Made by a program: the position numbers and the translations under genes | The notes under the pieces: model-generated | Databases searched by the model: none | The model's input: only the letters and a program-made list of their open reading frames with translations | What the model was told of the DNA's origin: nothing | Shown here: positions 62,003 to 64,000 of the stretch, in pieces | Position numbering within the stretch: position 1 is the stretch's first letter | How the letters are laid out: each line of letters begins with the position of its first letter | Assembly: GCF_964204645.1 (NCBI RefSeq) | Contig: NC_134026.1 | Coordinates: 5,727,950-5,791,949, forward strand | Origin: Tubulanus polymorphus | Taxonomy: Eukaryota > Animalia > Nemertea | Direction: 5' to 3' | Length of the DNA stretch: 64,000 nt

Positions 62003-64000
62003 TCAGTTCGGGCTGTTGAAAATATATCCGGCTGAATTTTCTGCACAGAACGGCAAAGTAGAATTATAAGTTGGTAGAGTTCCGTTCGTTGGTCTGAATA
62101 TACACCTTTCTACTTTCATTGTAAATCGTAAATATATTCCGACGCCGAGTAACATCAGGAACAGAAGTGCAATTATTCCGCGGCTGAACAATAGATATTT
62201 CTTCGAGTCTTCCGAACTTTGACATCCGGTGCAGCTTATCTTGCGACAAAACTTTTGTCGAAACCGCTCTCTTTCTAGCGCCTCTTGTTCCCTTCGGCTC
62301 ACTGAAAAAGAGCATCATTCCTCTGGAAACTATATACCTGATATTTCGCCCACAAATCCTTTATAGATGAGACTCAGATTCGGCTCGGATTCGGTGGAAG
62401 TTAAGAGATACTAAACATTATATGATAGATGATACAGTTAATCAAACGTGTTGGTAAGCTGTTATCACTGTGTATCCACGCTGACGTCACGATTCACGGC
62501 TATTAACCCAGATATCAGCGGAGGATTCAGCTATGAACTAGACGCAATGGGTGCAGGGATTCCGGGTGTGGGATTTTGGGTGGAGGTATTTTGCGCGGTG
62601 GCATTGTGGGCGTATCCCATATCGAGTCCTGTGATGTCTTCTTTTTCATTTCTTCATTGAAACAGGTTTCAAGCATATTATATGCTTAAACCCATTGGAT
62701 AGGAGTTATTCTTGAATTCTAGATCTAATTTTTTAAATTAATGTGCCGATTGCTTTTAAATGAGTGATCGACACAGAACAGAAATGAATTACCATCTCTT
62801 TTTAGATAATTTGTTGATAGAGCACTTTCATCGGTATCATCATCATCGCCATCATGATCAGCCTCATCGTTGGTATATGCATCGCTTATAGTGAGTGAAT
62901 CGTCAAACGTTTGCGGTAGGCCTTGTCCGGTTCTTTTTTGTGCCTTTAGAAAATCGAAAATCGAAACGATTCGGAAAAGAATTCATTGACGTGAATAGAC
63001 TTGGACATCATGATCGAATGACTTATTGCAAAACTGGATCTACGAAAATGTTTGACACATATAACTCAAAAGTAAGAATAGTTTGTTTTCTTAAAAGTTA
63101 TGAGAGCTTCATTGTGGGTTTTATCTGACCTAAAATAATTTTCGACATCTACAACCATGATTGGAACAAAGCAACGTACCTCTAATGAAAGATTTTCCCA
63201 GTTCATTCTCCAGAAAATGAAACCATACGAAGCATTTACAACAACCAGACCGGCCACAATACCGAACCAAAAACCTATCGGATCAGAAAATTCTTTTAAT
63301 TATTTGTTTGTGGAATTTTAGATTTTAATAATAACAAGTTCAGGAGAAATTAAAAAATGAGATTGCAAGTCAAGTTCTATACGTGTACCTATTGTTTGTA
63401 GACTTGTTAGGAACATTAGGCTTATAGCTATTGGTTGCGCCACTAAAATATAACCAACGAACAATACAATCGCTCCAGTCAATTGTCTTCCGCTGCCACG
63501 AAGTATACCAGCCATCACACTCTACCAGAAAAAAACTTACAATATGAAATTTATATGAGGTTTATTAGTGACCCACTATTCCGTGCGGGACCAGTGAAAA
63601 CTGCGAGCCACGATTGATGATCTCCGCGATACACTCCGAAGATGTTGAAATCTGAACTCCGAATGAATATGAAATCGGATTTAGATAATCACGTTAATGG
63701 TTGTAACTTACGGACAAAGAGTCGAGTATTTCGTAACCAGCTAGAATTATTAGTATAACACTCGCTACGTCGACGACATCTCTGAAATTATATTAAGAGG
63801 TTTCAATGTTAATGCTAGGTTAAAACAATATGCACTTGCATTAAGAGCTAGTAGAAGCGACTGTTTGACTTTGTGAACTCAAGGATGCCTTTCAAATCTA
63901 AAAAAAATTATGGCATATTTCTCCATTCTTCAACAATAACTTACTGATCCTGTGTAAACACTAGTGGGATGATATTCCGCAGGGATGCAATTAATGTAGA
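62003..64000 (-). CDS. SLC47A1: MATE (SLC47A) multidrug/toxin extrusion transporter, 3' part; complement(join(62003..62301,62793..62943,63180..63274,63389..63521,63712..63781,63945..>64000))
   Basis: Spliced translation IIPLVFTQDQDVVDVASVILIILAGYEILDSLS-SVMAGILRGSGRQLTGAIVLFVGYILVAQPIAISLMF...GFWFGIVAG...RMNWENLSLEAQKR...LLFSRGIIALLFLMLLGVGIYLRF matches recalled MATE1 TM9-TM13. Intron phases 2,0,1,0,1 are consistent. The 5' part lies beyond the window. Confidence 0.88.

Noticed and set aside
62338-62410. Extra MATE exon YLLTSTESEPNLSLIYKGFVGEIS
   Set aside because: Wrong entry phase, and the following intron would be only ~36 nt.

Overview
Eukaryotic (animal, probably lophotrochozoan invertebrate) genomic DNA, AT-rich, with GT-AG spliced genes. 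No prokaryotic operons, CRISPR arrays or rRNA/tRNA genes were seen. Genes rebuilt by hand, in order: a CD225/dispanin (IFITM/PRRT-like) membrane protein (+); a 755-aa ankyrin-repeat protein ending in a CaaX box (+, 6 coding exons); RASL10B-like small GTPase (+); a type-I acyl-CoA thioesterase of the ACOT/BAAT family (+); two paralogous single-coding-exon class-A GPCRs (+ and -); an ABHD15-like pseudo-hydrolase (-); an uncharacterised 7-exon protein (+); and the 3' part of a MATE/SLC47A transporter (-). Non-coding DNA holds many MITE-like hairpins, a 5'-truncated LINE, a Helentron/HINE-like insert and a dispersed repeat whose copies all face the same way. The most notable observations are: (i) two nested inverted-repeat elements at 2973-3626, both built from Penelope-type minimal hammerhead-ribozyme motifs; (ii) a clean 67-aa single-pass membrane micropeptide ORF at 23243-23446 (-), upstream of and antisense to RASL10B; (iii) a candidate small secreted-peptide ORF at 49867; (iv) RASL10B, ABHD15 and SLC47A co-located here as they are on human chromosome 17. 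All models were read by eye; no database searches were run.
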